Shown here in pieces: positions 39,004-49,061 of a stretch of 64,000 nt of DNA. The stretch is from Candidatus Altiarchaeota archaeon (GTDB lineage: Archaea; Altiarchaeota; Altiarchaeia; IMC4; QMZM01): positions 9,028-73,027 of the forward strand of contig JAWAEV010000003.1 in assembly GCA_038891095.1 (NCBI GenBank). Reading direction: 5' to 3'. The notes beneath the pieces were generated by a model. It was not told where the DNA came from, made no database searches, and saw nothing but the letters and a program-made list of their open reading frames with translations. The position numbers were made by a program, and so were the translations under genes. Positions within the stretch are counted from its first letter, which is position 1. Every line of letters begins with the position of its first letter.

Positions 39004-40314
39004 ATGGCTTTTGAAAATCTAAGCGAAGGTTTAAGAAATGCAATAAACTCTCTTAGGAAAGCTGTAGTACTTGATAAAAAAACTGTTAAGGAATACACTA
39101 AGGAGATACAGAAAACTTTACTTTCTGCAGATGTAAATGTAAAACTTGTTTTTGAATTAACTAAGAGGATTGAAGAGCGTGGTCTTTTGGAAAAGCCACC
39201 TGGAGCATTAACAAAAAAGGAAAATTTGATAAGAATAACCTATGAAGAACTGGTAAATTTACTTGGCGAAAATGTCTCTTTAGAGCTTAAAGATGGTCAG
39301 AAAATTTTACTTGTTGGAACTCAGGGTTCTGGAAAAACAACTACAGTTGCAAAATTGGCAAAATTTTTAAAAAAGCATGGTTTTAACCCAAAGATAATTT
39401 GTGCAGATACTTTTAGAGCGGCAGCATATGAGCAGTTAAAGCAATTGAGCCAAGAAATAGATGTTTCATTTTATGGAAATCCAAATGAAAAAAATGCTAT
39501 AAAAATAATAAATGATGGTTTAAAAGAGCTGAAGAGTGGAATTTTTTTAATTGATTCTGAAGGTAGACATAGTTTAGATAATAAACTTATGAATGATATT
39601 AAAGAAATTTGCAAAAATATAAAAATCGACAAAACATTTCTTGTTTTAGATGCAACAATTGGTCAAGCAGCTGGAGAGCAAGCAAAGGCATTCAAAAATG
39701 TTTGTAATGTTGATGGCATCATCCTAACAAAACTTGATGGAACTGCAAAGGGAGGTGGTGCGTTATCAGCATGTAAAGAAACTAATACATATGTTTATTT
39801 TATTGGTACGGGAGAACATATTGATGACTTTGAGGAATTTAATGCTAAGAGATTTGTATCAAAGTTATTGGGTTTTGGAGACATTCAGGGGTTATTAGAA
39901 AAAGCTAAAGAAGTTAAAATTGATGAAGAATCTGCTGAAAGATTTATTAGCGGTGAATTTACCTTAGTTGATCTGCAACAACAAATTGAACAGATAAGTA
40001 AATTAGGGCCATTGAAAAAAGTTATGGAGATGATGCCTTTTGGCTTTAACATACCTAAAAATTTGCTTGAAATTCAGGAAGAAAAACTTAAAAAATTTAA
40101 GGTTGCAATGCAATCAATGACTAAGGAAGAAAAGGAAAATCCGGAAATTATAAGAGGTTCAAGAATAGAAAGAATTGCAAAAGGTTCAGGTATTAAACAA
40201 GAAGAAGTTCGAGAATTATTAAGCTATTATAAAAAAATGAAAAAACTCACAAAGATGATGAGCAATGAAAGAAAGATGAAAATGCTAATGCAAAAGTTTG
40301 GTATGGGTACTTAA
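39004..40314 (+). CDS. srp54: Signal recognition particle protein SRP54
   Basis: 436 aa with an NG domain (GTQGSGKTTT, …DTFRAAA…, …LTKLDGTAKGG…) and a methionine-rich M domain. Confidence 0.9.
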   Translation: MAFENLSEGLRNAINSLRKAVVLDKKTVKEYTKEIQKTLLSADVNVKLVFELTKRIEERGLLEKPPGALTKKENLIRITYEELVNLLGENVSLELKDGQKILLVGTQGSGKTTTVAKLAKFLKKHGFNPKIICADTFRAAAYEQLKQLSQEIDVSFYGNPNEKNAIKIINDGLKELKSGIFLIDSEGRHSLDNKLMNDIKEICKNIKIDKTFLVLDATIGQAAGEQAKAFKNVCNVDGIILTKLDGTAKGGGALSACKETNTYVYFIGTGEHIDDFEEFNAKRFVSKLLGFGDIQGLLEKAKEVKIDEESAERFISGEFTLVDLQQQIEQISKLGPLKKVMEMMPFGFNIPKNLLEIQEEKLKKFKVAMQSMTKEEKENPEIIRGSRIERIAKGSGIKQEEVRELLSYYKKMKKLTKMMSNERKMKMLMQKFGMGT

Positions 40315-40359
40315 AGCATTTAAATACTAAATTAATAATAATAATTAATAATAAACGAA

Positions 40360-41223
40360 ATGGAACTATCAACGAGCAATATTTTAGGCGTTGTAAATAC
40401 TGTTCTTATGTCCATATTGTTACTCTCATTTATTGTATATATCATCACTACTGAAAAAACTACTCCTGCCAAGATAACTACCACAACTTCTGTTGAAACT
40501 TTTCTAAAGTTGTATCTTTGCCCGGATGGAGAAACTATTATATATGATAAATCAAAATGTCCTGAAACTGATATAGAAATAGCTAACTGCGAGAAGCTTT
40601 TCGTCGGAGACTATTCTAATAGTAGAGATAGCTGCTTCTCGTACCTTGCTCAAATTAGAAATGATAGCTCATTATGTAATAGAATTATATCACCATATAC
40701 TAGGGAAGAATGTTTCTTCGATTTAGCTCAATACAATAATGACATTACTTTATGCAATAGAATAACAACAAGTTCTAAAAAGGGCGAATGTTTTGCTAAT
40801 ATAGCTGTTACATTAGATGAACTCAAAACTTGTAACCTAGCTGGAGCTGCACGAGACTATTGTTATAAATACTATGCCTCTAAAACAATAAATCCCTCTG
40901 CTTGTGACTTTATGACATCATACTATGAGAGAGATAATTGTTATTCCTCTATGGTTTATTACTTAAAAAATATTTCGCTTTGTGATAAGATAACTACAAT
41001 TTCGAGTAGGGATTCTTGTTATTCAGACTATGCGACCTCTAACTACGATGTAAAAGGTTGTGATAAACTAACAAACAACTATATAAGAGATAATTGTTAT
41101 CGAACTTTGGCAAGATATCTATCAAATCCAACAATTTGTGAGAAGATAAGCACAGAAGCAGGAATAAAAATCTGTAAAGAATACATTAGTATGCCAACTA
41201 CTACTTATATGTACTACAGATAA
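40360..41223 (+). CDS. Membrane-anchored extracellular protein with seven ~29-aa Cys-containing tandem repeats (novel repeat family)
   Basis: 287 aa. TM helix, Thr-rich linker, then seven repeats of the form …R(D/E)xC(F/Y)x(10-13)LC(N/D)(R/K)I…, e.g. RDSCFSYLAQIRNDSSLCNRI, REECFFDLAQYNNDITLCNRI, RDNCYSSMVYYLKNISLCDKI. Confidence 0.5.
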   Translation: MELSTSNILGVVNTVLMSILLLSFIVYIITTEKTTPAKITTTTSVETFLKLYLCPDGETIIYDKSKCPETDIEIANCEKLFVGDYSNSRDSCFSYLAQIRNDSSLCNRIISPYTREECFFDLAQYNNDITLCNRITTSSKKGECFANIAVTLDELKTCNLAGAARDYCYKYYASKTINPSACDFMTSYYERDNCYSSMVYYLKNISLCDKITTISSRDSCYSDYATSNYDVKGCDKLTNNYIRDNCYRTLARYLSNPTICEKISTEAGIKICKEYISMPTTTYMYYR

Positions 41224-41262
41224 TGGACTAATTTTTCTATATACTCTGCTAAGTGTGATCAA

Positions 41263-41637
41263 TTAATCATAAAATTCAACTTCATCACCTTCTTTAATAT
41301 CATTGCATACTTTTTTATTTCCTAACTCAAGAGCATATTTTGCTTTTTCTTTTGGTTTATAAACTTTCCAAGTTGAAATTTTAAATATAGAAGATGGTGA
41401 TATAGCTCTCTTTATATTCACAATTTTTCTCTTAGAATTAATCCAAATTACATCAATAGGAAATCTCATAAAAAACATGTGTATTGCTGCAGTATTTATG
41501 CCCTCTCTTGGAAATTTTATCAAGATGTTTCTCTTTTCTGATGAGAACATTAAACCAAGAAATCTTGAGAAAAAATTATCTGCTAGTAGAGCGTCATCAC
41601 ATATAATCTTCTTAGCAGTTTTATCAAAAATTTTCAA
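41263..41637 (-). CDS. DUF192-like (COG1430) hypothetical protein
   Basis: 124 aa. …INTAAIHMFFMRFPIDVIWIN…YALELG… matches the DUF192 pattern. Immediately downstream of minD. Confidence 0.45.
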   Translation of the reverse strand: MKIFDKTAKKIICDDALLADNFFSRFLGLMFSSEKRNILIKFPREGINTAAIHMFFMRFPIDVIWINSKRKIVNIKRAISPSSIFKISTWKVYKPKEKAKYALELGNKKVCNDIKEGDEVEFYD

Positions 41638-42393
41638 TTAAATTCTGAAAAATGCTTTAATTTTATCGATTAAACTTTCCCTCTCTTTAATTGGTTCTCT
41701 GCCAAGAATTCTAGCAGCAATTTTTTTCAATTCATAGCTTATCCTATGGTTAGGATATTCTAAAACAATAGGATTTTTCTTCTCAATTGATTTTCTAACT
41801 CTATGGTCCTCAGGAATTACTCCTAAAATTGGTAAATCAAAAAATGTTGAAAGATTGTCTTTTTTAATTTCATCATCTCTTGTTACTCTGTTAAGAACTA
41901 TTCCTAAAACATTCTTTGAAAATTTTTTCGCAACAGATTTTGTGCGTAGAGCATCTGAAATTGTGGGAAGCTCAGGATGCGTAACTATAATTAATTCATC
42001 ACACATCTCCATTGCTTTTAATGTTTCTCTATCTAAACCTGTTGCAGCATCAATCAAAATTATATCTTTTCCTAAAGCCTCTAATTTATCTCTCAAATTT
42101 TTTGGTTCTGTCTCAAGAACTTCTTCAAATGATAGTGATGCAGGAACAATATCAACTCCTGATTTGTGCTTATAAACTGCCTCTTTTATTGCTGCTCTAT
42201 CCTTTATAACATCATGAATTGATGTTGGATATGAAATCAAACCATAATGTAAACCTAAATTTGCTCCTGTTAAATTTGCATCAACAACAGCAACATCTAA
42301 ACCTTCTTGAGCGAGTAAAACACCTAAATTTGAAACAAGAGTAGTTTTTCCTACACCTCCCTTACCTGAGAAAACACCTATAATTCTTGCCAT
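41638..42393 (-). CDS. minD: MinD/ParA-family P-loop ATPase (archaeal MinD-like)
   Basis: 251 aa with a deviant Walker A GKGGVGKTT and MinD-like switch regions. Confidence 0.8.
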   Translation of the reverse strand: MARIIGVFSGKGGVGKTTLVSNLGVLLAQEGLDVAVVDANLTGANLGLHYGLISYPTSIHDVIKDRAAIKEAVYKHKSGVDIVPASLSFEEVLETEPKNLRDKLEALGKDIILIDAATGLDRETLKAMEMCDELIIVTHPELPTISDALRTKSVAKKFSKNVLGIVLNRVTRDDEIKKDNLSTFFDLPILGVIPEDHRVRKSIEKKNPIVLEYPNHRISYELKKIAARILGREPIKERESLIDKIKAFFRI

Positions 42394-42434
42394 GTTAGTA
42401 TATTAGAGTATTAATTTAAAAATCTTTCTCTTAG

Positions 42435-42593
42435 CTATGATGCACCCTTTGCTGTCTTCTTCTTGTGTTTTCTTCTTATTTTACCAACTTTACCGCATTT
42501 CCTACACTTTGTTGCATTTATTGGATTTCTAGCATTGCAATTCATGCAAACTCCTTTAAATAAGCGAACTTCAGCTTCAGGAAACCTTGCCAT
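42435..42593 (-). CDS. rpl40e: 50S ribosomal protein L40e; below the 60-aa cutoff, found by hand translation
   Basis: Hand-translated as [52 protein letters not shown] (52 aa), a canonical L40e with a C4 zinc-binding core. Confidence 0.75.
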   Translation of the reverse strand: MARFPEAEVRLFKGVCMNCNARNPINATKCRKCGKVGKIRRKHKKKTAKGAS

Positions 42594-42687
42594 TTTTACT
42601 TAGAATTTAATAATTGTATTGTAAGTTAAAATTTAAATTTAATACTAAATTAAAAAGTTTAATAACAAATAACATAATAACTATAAA

Positions 42688-42762
42688 AGCGGGGTAGAGC
42701 AGTCAGGAGTGCTCGTCGGGCTCATAACCCGAAGGTCCGTGGTTCAAATCCACGCCCCGCTA
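42688..42762 (+). tRNA. Initiator tRNA-Met (anticodon CAU)
   Basis: 75-nt cloverleaf. Acceptor AGCGGGG/CCCCGCU gives an A1:U72 pair. The anticodon stem has three consecutive G:C pairs (G29-31:C39-41) and loop CU-CAU-AA. The T-arm is CGUGG-UUCAAAU-CCACG. A1:U72 plus the three G-C pairs are the archaeal initiator hallmarks. Confidence 0.8.
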
Positions 42763-43565
42763 TTTTGTAACACAAAAAATCCAATTAGGAAACCAACTAC
42801 TAAGCCAGTAGCAATAGGCGGTAAAGCAGGTAGTGCGACTTTTTCTCTTTTTAAAATATAAGAAAAAAGCGATAATAAACCTATAAAACCACCAATTAAA
42901 GCAAATAGTGAATGTAATATAGAGAATTCATGCAATATTGAAACTACAAACATTGAAGGAATTGCTAAGTCACCAGTACCAATACTCAAAAATCTTTCTC
43001 TCACTGGAATGGAAAACATTGGCACATTATCTTTTGCTTTTGTTGCAATAGCTACCATATGTTTTGTGAAAAAAACAGCGACAATATCATAAATTGAAAG
43101 TGATAAAAGTAAGAGAAGTGAAGGTATAAAATGTAGTGATGCTCCTAAATAACCACCAATTCCAGCAATTGTTAAAATTAGAATTCCATTTGAAATGATA
43201 AAATTTCTTCTTTTTAGAATGAATAGAGCATATAAGAATATTAAAATGTAAAACCAGATATCTGGAAAAAAACTCCAGAGAGTTATTGACATTCCAGTAA
43301 AAACTGCTAATAACATAAGAAATTTTATAAAACTCCCAAGTTTGAATTTTATTAAAAGTAGTATCACAAATGTTATGAGAATTATATAAAGAAAAATTTC
43401 CCCAGATGTCTCAGCCTTTTCTGGATCTTGAACAGCAGGAGGAATCTCTCCTGAAGAAATTTTTGGCATTAGTGCTAACCCAATATTTAGTGCAATTCCA
43501 TGAACAAGAAAATACATCAGTGTAAGAAAAATTAAAGATTTAAGAATCTCTTTCAATTTTATCAT
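42744..43565 (-). CDS. Presenilin / signal-peptide-peptidase homolog (A22 intramembrane aspartyl protease, PSH-like)
   Basis: 273 aa polytopic protein with the three family motifs in order: YD (LSIYDIVAVF), GxGD (IGTGDLAIP) and PAL (VALPALPP). The 3' end overlaps the tRNAi-Met 3' end by 19 nt on the opposite strand. Confidence 0.6.
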   Translation of the reverse strand: MIKLKEILKSLIFLTLMYFLVHGIALNIGLALMPKISSGEIPPAVQDPEKAETSGEIFLYIILITFVILLLIKFKLGSFIKFLMLLAVFTGMSITLWSFFPDIWFYILIFLYALFILKRRNFIISNGILILTIAGIGGYLGASLHFIPSLLLLLSLSIYDIVAVFFTKHMVAIATKAKDNVPMFSIPVRERFLSIGTGDLAIPSMFVVSILHEFSILHSLFALIGGFIGLLSLFSYILKREKVALPALPPIATGLVVGFLIGFFVLQNSGAWI

Positions 43566-45592
43566 CCCTCAGTAAACATAAATTTACCTTGTTTTGGTTC
43601 AAATATAACCCCCTTTCTTTTAAGCTCTTCAATAAGTCTTTCAGCAGTGAATTTATCTATACCCTTTGCAGAGGCTTCATTTAGAATATCATCATAAGAT
43701 GCCGTTTTATCGACGCTTTCATCAATTAAAGATTGAATTATTTCTTCTATACTCCTAACTTTTTCTCTCATTGCTTGTGGGTGCTCGGTTGCAATTCTAT
43801 CAATATCTATTCTTCCAGTTTCATCAGTTGCAACTTCTCTCAAGACAAACTCCGTTAGTTTTATTGCCCTTTCTGCATCACTAATTGTAACAATATCAGA
43901 AAGTCTTACTTTTGCTGATGCCTCAGCAAGCCGTATTAGAGCTTCTAACTGTCTTGGAGTTGAACTTACCGTTTCTTTGCTTCTTGACCTTAACTCAACA
44001 TAATAGCTTCCAAGTTTTTCTGCTGCCTCATCAGTAAGAACAGGAAAGATATTTTTTCTAGCATATGCAATATATTTCCTAAATAATTCAGGCTCAATTG
44101 CTGGTTGAATTCCTTCCATATCCTCTTTTTTTCCTTTATGCATTTTGAGTATATGCTCTGCAATTTTTTTGTCCATCTCTTTATCAAGAATATCTCTTAT
44201 AGGGAAAATTAGATCAAACCTAGAAACTAATGTTGCTGGGATATCAAACTGCTCATGTAATGGCTTAAATGGATCAAATCTCGAAAATTTTGGATTAGAT
44301 GCTGCTAAAACAGAAGTATTTGCTTTAAATCTTGCAACAATTCCAGCTTTTGCTATTGATATTGTTTGCTGTTCTAAAGCTTCATGCATCGCAGCTCTAT
44401 CTTCTTTCTCCATTTTATCAAATTCATCAATTGCTGCAATTCCACCACTAGCAAGAACTAATGCACCAGCTTTTAATGTCCATGCACCTTCTGCAAATTC
44501 ATCTTTTTCTGCTGTTGCAGTGAGTCCTGCACCAGTAGTGCCTTTTCCTGTAACATAAATACTTTTTGGAGCAATTTCATTTACATATTGTAAAATTCTT
44601 GATTTTGCAACGCCTGGATCTCCAATCAGAAGTATGTGGATGTCTGGCCTAACTGATGTTTGATCAGGCAATTTTTTACCTGGTCTGCCACCAAAAAGTT
44701 GTAGTGCTATTGCTTCCTTTATTTCACGATAGCCATAAATTGAAGGAGCAATTGAGTCAATAATCTTATCATGAATTTTAGGATCTTTTGATAATTTTTT
44801 TATTTCTTTCTCTTCTTCTTCAGAAATTTCAATCTCTTCAAATTCCATTCTAATGGCTTCTATCCAATTGGCTTCTATAAATTTTTGATAAACTGCTCCT
44901 CTCCTTTGTGGTGGCCTCAAGCGAACTATTCCATTTATGATCACATTATCACCTGGCTTAACTAAATCAACAATATCATCTTCAAGCCATATCTCAATTC
45001 TCCTTGCTTCTTCACCACCTCTTAAAAGTTCTAACGGCTCTTGAATCTCTAGTCTTTGAACATCAGTCCACTCAGAATTATCAGGATCAAACCTAAAATC
45101 ACGCTTTCTGCAATTTTTACATTGTAATGGTTCAGAAAGCCATCTTGTTGTTTGAATCTCATAATGCTCTTGTTTACATCTATTGCAAATAAATTTTGCT
45201 CTATAAACCTTCGGTAAAACATCACTGCTTTTATTGACAACACCTTCAACAGCAATAAATTTGTTTACATATTCAGATGTTATATCCCTTACCATGATGG
45301 TATAACCCTTTTCTTTTGGTAAGTTTTTAAATCTTACATGAAATCTTGGATTTTCAACTAAGGTTTTTATATCTTTCTCAGAAAAATATTTTTCAAAGAG
45401 AGAAATTATCTCATCAGGATTTTTTATAAGTTCATCAGAAAGCTCTGGACTAAAGCTCTCTAACTCTTCATAATCGATAATTAATGATTTTTTTTCTGGA
45501 TAAAGCTCAGCTAATTTATTTATTTCTTTTGATTTTTTCTTCAAAAATTTTTCTATTAACTCTGAAAAGTTTTCATTAGCGTTTTCTTCCAT
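43562..45592 (-). CDS. mcm: Minichromosome maintenance (MCM) replicative helicase
   Basis: 676 aa. N-terminal C4 Zn motif (CNRCK…CKNC), Walker A IHILLIGDPGVAKS, arginine finger SRFDL and a C-terminal winged helix. No intein. Confidence 0.9.
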   Translation of the reverse strand: MEENANENFSELIEKFLKKKSKEINKLAELYPEKKSLIIDYEELESFSPELSDELIKNPDEIISLFEKYFSEKDIKTLVENPRFHVRFKNLPKEKGYTIMVRDITSEYVNKFIAVEGVVNKSSDVLPKVYRAKFICNRCKQEHYEIQTTRWLSEPLQCKNCRKRDFRFDPDNSEWTDVQRLEIQEPLELLRGGEEARRIEIWLEDDIVDLVKPGDNVIINGIVRLRPPQRRGAVYQKFIEANWIEAIRMEFEEIEISEEEEKEIKKLSKDPKIHDKIIDSIAPSIYGYREIKEAIALQLFGGRPGKKLPDQTSVRPDIHILLIGDPGVAKSRILQYVNEIAPKSIYVTGKGTTGAGLTATAEKDEFAEGAWTLKAGALVLASGGIAAIDEFDKMEKEDRAAMHEALEQQTISIAKAGIVARFKANTSVLAASNPKFSRFDPFKPLHEQFDIPATLVSRFDLIFPIRDILDKEMDKKIAEHILKMHKGKKEDMEGIQPAIEPELFRKYIAYARKNIFPVLTDEAAEKLGSYYVELRSRSKETVSSTPRQLEALIRLAEASAKVRLSDIVTISDAERAIKLTEFVLREVATDETGRIDIDRIATEHPQAMREKVRSIEEIIQSLIDESVDKTASYDDILNEASAKGIDKFTAERLIEELKRKGVIFEPKQGKFMFTEG

Positions 45593-45728
45593 CTTAAAAA
45601 TTTAGAGGGTTAATATCTTAGAAAAAAAATTTAAAAGGTGATAAGTTTAATTATGTTAGACAATTGTCTATTTAAATTAGGATAATTTAAATATACAATA
45701 AGAGAAATAAAAAGAAAGATAAATAAAA

Positions 45729-46427
45729 ATGAGTAAAGAACTCTTAGCTAGGTCAATAGCTAGCGAGATTGTACTTTCTAAAAATCCTGGGAATGTTATG
45801 AGAAAGTGGAGAGAAATTCTTGGAATAAAACAAAATCAGATAGCTGCACATCTTGGAATTTCAGCATCTGTAATTTCAGATTATGAAGCAAATAGAAGGT
45901 CTCCTGGTGTGGTATTTGTAAAAAAATTTATCGATGCCCTCATATCCTTGGAAAATAAAAACAGAGTTGAGATGTCCTTTTTTGAAAAATTTTTTTCTGG
46001 TAAAGAGCATGCAATTCTCAGCATTAGAGAATTTCTTGTTCCAATGAAAATTTCAAAGTTTGTAAAAATTGTCAAAGGTAAAGTTCTCTCAAATAATAAA
46101 TTAATTGAGAAGAAGATTTATGGTTATACAGCAATTGATTCAATAAGGGCAATTCTTGAGTTAAATGAGGATGAATTCTCAAAAATTTATGGTTTAAATA
46201 CAGAAAGAGCATTGATATTCACAAAGGTAAAAACAGGTAGATCACCAATGATTGCAATTAAAGTAACTCCTCTGAAGCCAAGTGTTGTTATCTTGCATGG
46301 ATTGTCTTGGAGAGAGGTTGATAAATTAGCAATAAAAATTTCAGAAGTTGAAAAAATTCCATTAGTTGTTTCAACGGAAAAAGATGAAGAATCATTAATA
46401 AAAAACATTAATATGATAGAAAATTAA
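45729..46427 (+). CDS. HTH (XRE-like) domain transcriptional regulator
   Basis: 232 aa with an N-terminal helix-turn-helix (…[31 protein letters not shown]…). Confidence 0.55.
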   Translation: MSKELLARSIASEIVLSKNPGNVMRKWREILGIKQNQIAAHLGISASVISDYEANRRSPGVVFVKKFIDALISLENKNRVEMSFFEKFFSGKEHAILSIREFLVPMKISKFVKIVKGKVLSNNKLIEKKIYGYTAIDSIRAILELNEDEFSKIYGLNTERALIFTKVKTGRSPMIAIKVTPLKPSVVILHGLSWREVDKLAIKISEVEKIPLVVSTEKDEESLIKNINMIEN

Positions 46428-46428
46428 A

Positions 46429-47475
46429 ATGAATTCTGGCATAGTTGGTTATGGTTGTTACATACCAAAATATAGAATAAAGGTTGAGGAGATTGCAAGA
46501 GTATGGAATGATAATAGTGAAAAAATTAAAGAATCATTAGAAATTTATGAAAAGTCTGTTCCTGCTATTGATGAAGATTCAGTGACTATCTCAGTTGAAG
46601 CAGCAAGAAATGCTGTTAATCACGCAAAGATAAATCCAAAGGAAATTGGTGCAATTTATTGTGGCTCAGAATCAAAGCCATATGCAGTAAAACCAACTGC
46701 TACAATTGTTGCTGAAGCCATAGAGGCAACTCCAAATTTAACTGCTGCAGATTTTGAGTTTGCATGCAAAGCTGGAACAGCAGCAATTCAAGCTTGCTTA
46801 GGTTTAGTTGAAAGTAAAATTATAAAATATGGTTTGGCAATTGGTGCTGACACCTCCCAAGGCAGACCAGGAGATGCTTTAGAGTATACAGCATCAGCAG
46901 GAGGAGCAGCATTTATCATAGGTAAGGAAAATTTAATCGCTAAAATTTTAGATACTTTTTCATATACAACAGATACATTAGATTTTTGGCGGAGAGAAGG
47001 TCAGGAGTTCCCATCTCATGGAGCAAGATTCACTGGAACACCAGCATATTTTAAGCATGTAATATCTGCATCAAAACATATAATAGAGAAAAACAGAATG
47101 AAACCACAAGATTTCAAATATGTTGTTTTTCATCAACCAAATGGTGCTTTTCCGATGAAAGCTGCAAAAATTCTTGGTTTTAAGGAAGAGCAACTTAAAA
47201 CAGGTTTACTAACTCCTCTTATAGGTAACACATATTCCGGCTCTAGTTTACTTGGTTTATGTGCAGTTTTAGATGAAGCAATTGAAGATGATCTAATTTT
47301 GATGACTTCATATGGTTCAGGTGCTGGCTCTGACTCATTTATCATAAAAGTTCTAAAAGAGAATGAGAGAAGGAGAAATAAAAAAACAGTAAAATATTAT
47401 ATCCAAAATAAAGAATATCTTGATTATGCTTTATATGCAAAATTTAAAAAGAAAATTAAGAGTTTAGAAAAATGA
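46429..47475 (+). CDS. Hydroxymethylglutaryl-CoA synthase (archaeal type)
   Basis: 348 aa. The N-terminal …[14 protein letters not shown]… motif, catalytic Cys region and archaeal HMGCS size. It sits in the HMGCS-thiolase-DUF35 trio. Confidence 0.85.
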   Translation: MNSGIVGYGCYIPKYRIKVEEIARVWNDNSEKIKESLEIYEKSVPAIDEDSVTISVEAARNAVNHAKINPKEIGAIYCGSESKPYAVKPTATIVAEAIEATPNLTAADFEFACKAGTAAIQACLGLVESKIIKYGLAIGADTSQGRPGDALEYTASAGGAAFIIGKENLIAKILDTFSYTTDTLDFWRREGQEFPSHGARFTGTPAYFKHVISASKHIIEKNRMKPQDFKYVVFHQPNGAFPMKAAKILGFKEEQLKTGLLTPLIGNTYSGSSLLGLCAVLDEAIEDDLILMTSYGSGAGSDSFIIKVLKENERRRNKKTVKYYIQNKEYLDYALYAKFKKKIKSLEK

Positions 47476-48626
47476 AAGTTGCTATTGTTGGTGCAGGTAT
47501 GACAAAATTTGGGGAGTTGTGGGAGTACTCATGTAGAGATCTTATCACATTAGCAGGAATAGAGGCAATTCAGAGTGCAGGAATTGAAGGAAAAGATATA
47601 CAAGAAATTTATGGTGGTTCTATGAGCCCAGGCTTATTTGCTGGTCAAGAGCATATATCAGCAATGTTTGCAGATTATGCTGGTTTAAAGGGAATACCAT
47701 CAACAAGAGTCGAGGCAGCTTGCGCATCTGGGGGTTTAGCTCTAAGGCAAGCATATCTTTCAATAAAGTCAGGTAGAAATGACTTGGTTATTGCAGGCGG
47801 TGTTGAAAAAATGACAGATGTACCAACACAATCGGCAGTTGTTACTCTCATGGGCGCAGGTGATGAAGAATGGGAATCCTTTCAAGGATTAACTTTCCCT
47901 GGTTTATATGCTCTAATGGCAAGACGCCATATGTTTGAATATGGCACAACAATTGAACAAATGTCTTTAGTTTCAGTAAAAAATCACTACAATGCGAGTT
48001 TGAATGAAAAAGCACAATTTAACTTTAAAGTTACTTTAGATGATGTTATGAATTCACCAATGGTTGCTGATCCTTTAAGGCTTTTACATTGCTCACCAAT
48101 AACTGATGGTGCTGCTGCAGTTGTTTTAGCAAGTGAAAAAAAAGCAAGAGAAATAACTGATACGCCTATATGGATTCTTGGGAGTGGACTTGCAACTGAC
48201 ACAATTGCATTACATGACAGAGAAAGCCTTTCTCAGTTAAGATCAGCAAAATTAGCAGCAGAAGTTGCTTATAAAAATGCTGGAATAAAAGCAAAAGATG
48301 TTAGTTTTGCTGAAGTTCATGATTGTTTTGCAATTGCTGAAATTTTAGCTATTGAAGCTTTAGGATTTTGCAAATTTGGAGAAGGTGGAAAATTAACTGA
48401 AGCTGGAGAGACAGCATTAAATGGTTCTATACCAATAAATCCAAGTGGTGGTTTGAAAGCTAAGGGGCATCCTGTTGGTGCTACAGGCATAGCACAAGCA
48501 GTTGAGTGTTTCCTCCAGCTTACAGGAAAGGCAGGAAAACGCCAAATAAAAGATGCAGAAATAGCTCTTGCACAGAATGTTGGCGGGTCAGGAGCAACAT
48601 GCGTTGTGCATATATTTAGTAAGTGA
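47472..48626 (+). CDS. Acetyl-CoA acetyltransferase (thiolase, archaeal type)
   Basis: 384 aa thiolase fold (…AACASGG… catalytic Cys, C-terminal …GATG… region). Confidence 0.85.
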   Translation: MKVAIVGAGMTKFGELWEYSCRDLITLAGIEAIQSAGIEGKDIQEIYGGSMSPGLFAGQEHISAMFADYAGLKGIPSTRVEAACASGGLALRQAYLSIKSGRNDLVIAGGVEKMTDVPTQSAVVTLMGAGDEEWESFQGLTFPGLYALMARRHMFEYGTTIEQMSLVSVKNHYNASLNEKAQFNFKVTLDDVMNSPMVADPLRLLHCSPITDGAAAVVLASEKKAREITDTPIWILGSGLATDTIALHDRESLSQLRSAKLAAEVAYKNAGIKAKDVSFAEVHDCFAIAEILAIEALGFCKFGEGGKLTEAGETALNGSIPINPSGGLKAKGHPVGATGIAQAVECFLQLTGKAGKRQIKDAEIALAQNVGGSGATCVVHIFSK

Positions 48627-48629
48627 AAA

Positions 48630-49028
48630 ATGGTTAAAGGATTACCATCATATTGGAGGTTAATTCCCCATAGATATAATTTAATTGGCACAGAATGCGA
48701 AAATTGTAAGGAGAAATTTTTTCCTCCAAGAAAGTTATGTCCTAATTGCAGAAGGTTAGGAAAGATTAAGGAATTTAAATTTTCAGGTGAGGGGAAAATT
48801 TATTCCTATACTATAATTCACTCTCCTCCTGAAGGTTTTGAGTATCTTAAACCATATGTTGTTGCTATTATAAAACTTAATGAAGGACCAATGATAACCT
48901 CCCAAGTAGTTGATTGTAAGCCAGAAGATGTTGCTATAGGCAAAAAAGTGGAAATGGTTTTTCGTAGGATTTCAGCTGCTGGTAAAGAAGGGAGTATAAG
49001 ATATGGATATAAATTTAAGTTATGCTAA
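48630..49028 (+). CDS. DUF35 OB-fold/Zn-ribbon scaffold protein of the thiolase-HMGCS complex
   Basis: 132 aa with a CxxC…CxxC ribbon (CENCKEK…CPNCRR) followed by an OB fold. Confidence 0.8.
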   Translation: MVKGLPSYWRLIPHRYNLIGTECENCKEKFFPPRKLCPNCRRLGKIKEFKFSGEGKIYSYTIIHSPPEGFEYLKPYVVAIIKLNEGPMITSQVVDCKPEDVAIGKKVEMVFRRISAAGKEGSIRYGYKFKLC

Positions 49029-49061
49029 AAGAATGCAATGAACAATTTAACTGAGATATTG

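Noticed and set aside
2542-45592. Inteins in rpoB, rpoA, top6B, MCM, or LonB
   Set aside because: All these proteins are at or below typical lengths, with contiguous conserved motifs and no extra ~150-500-aa insertions with splice-junction residues.
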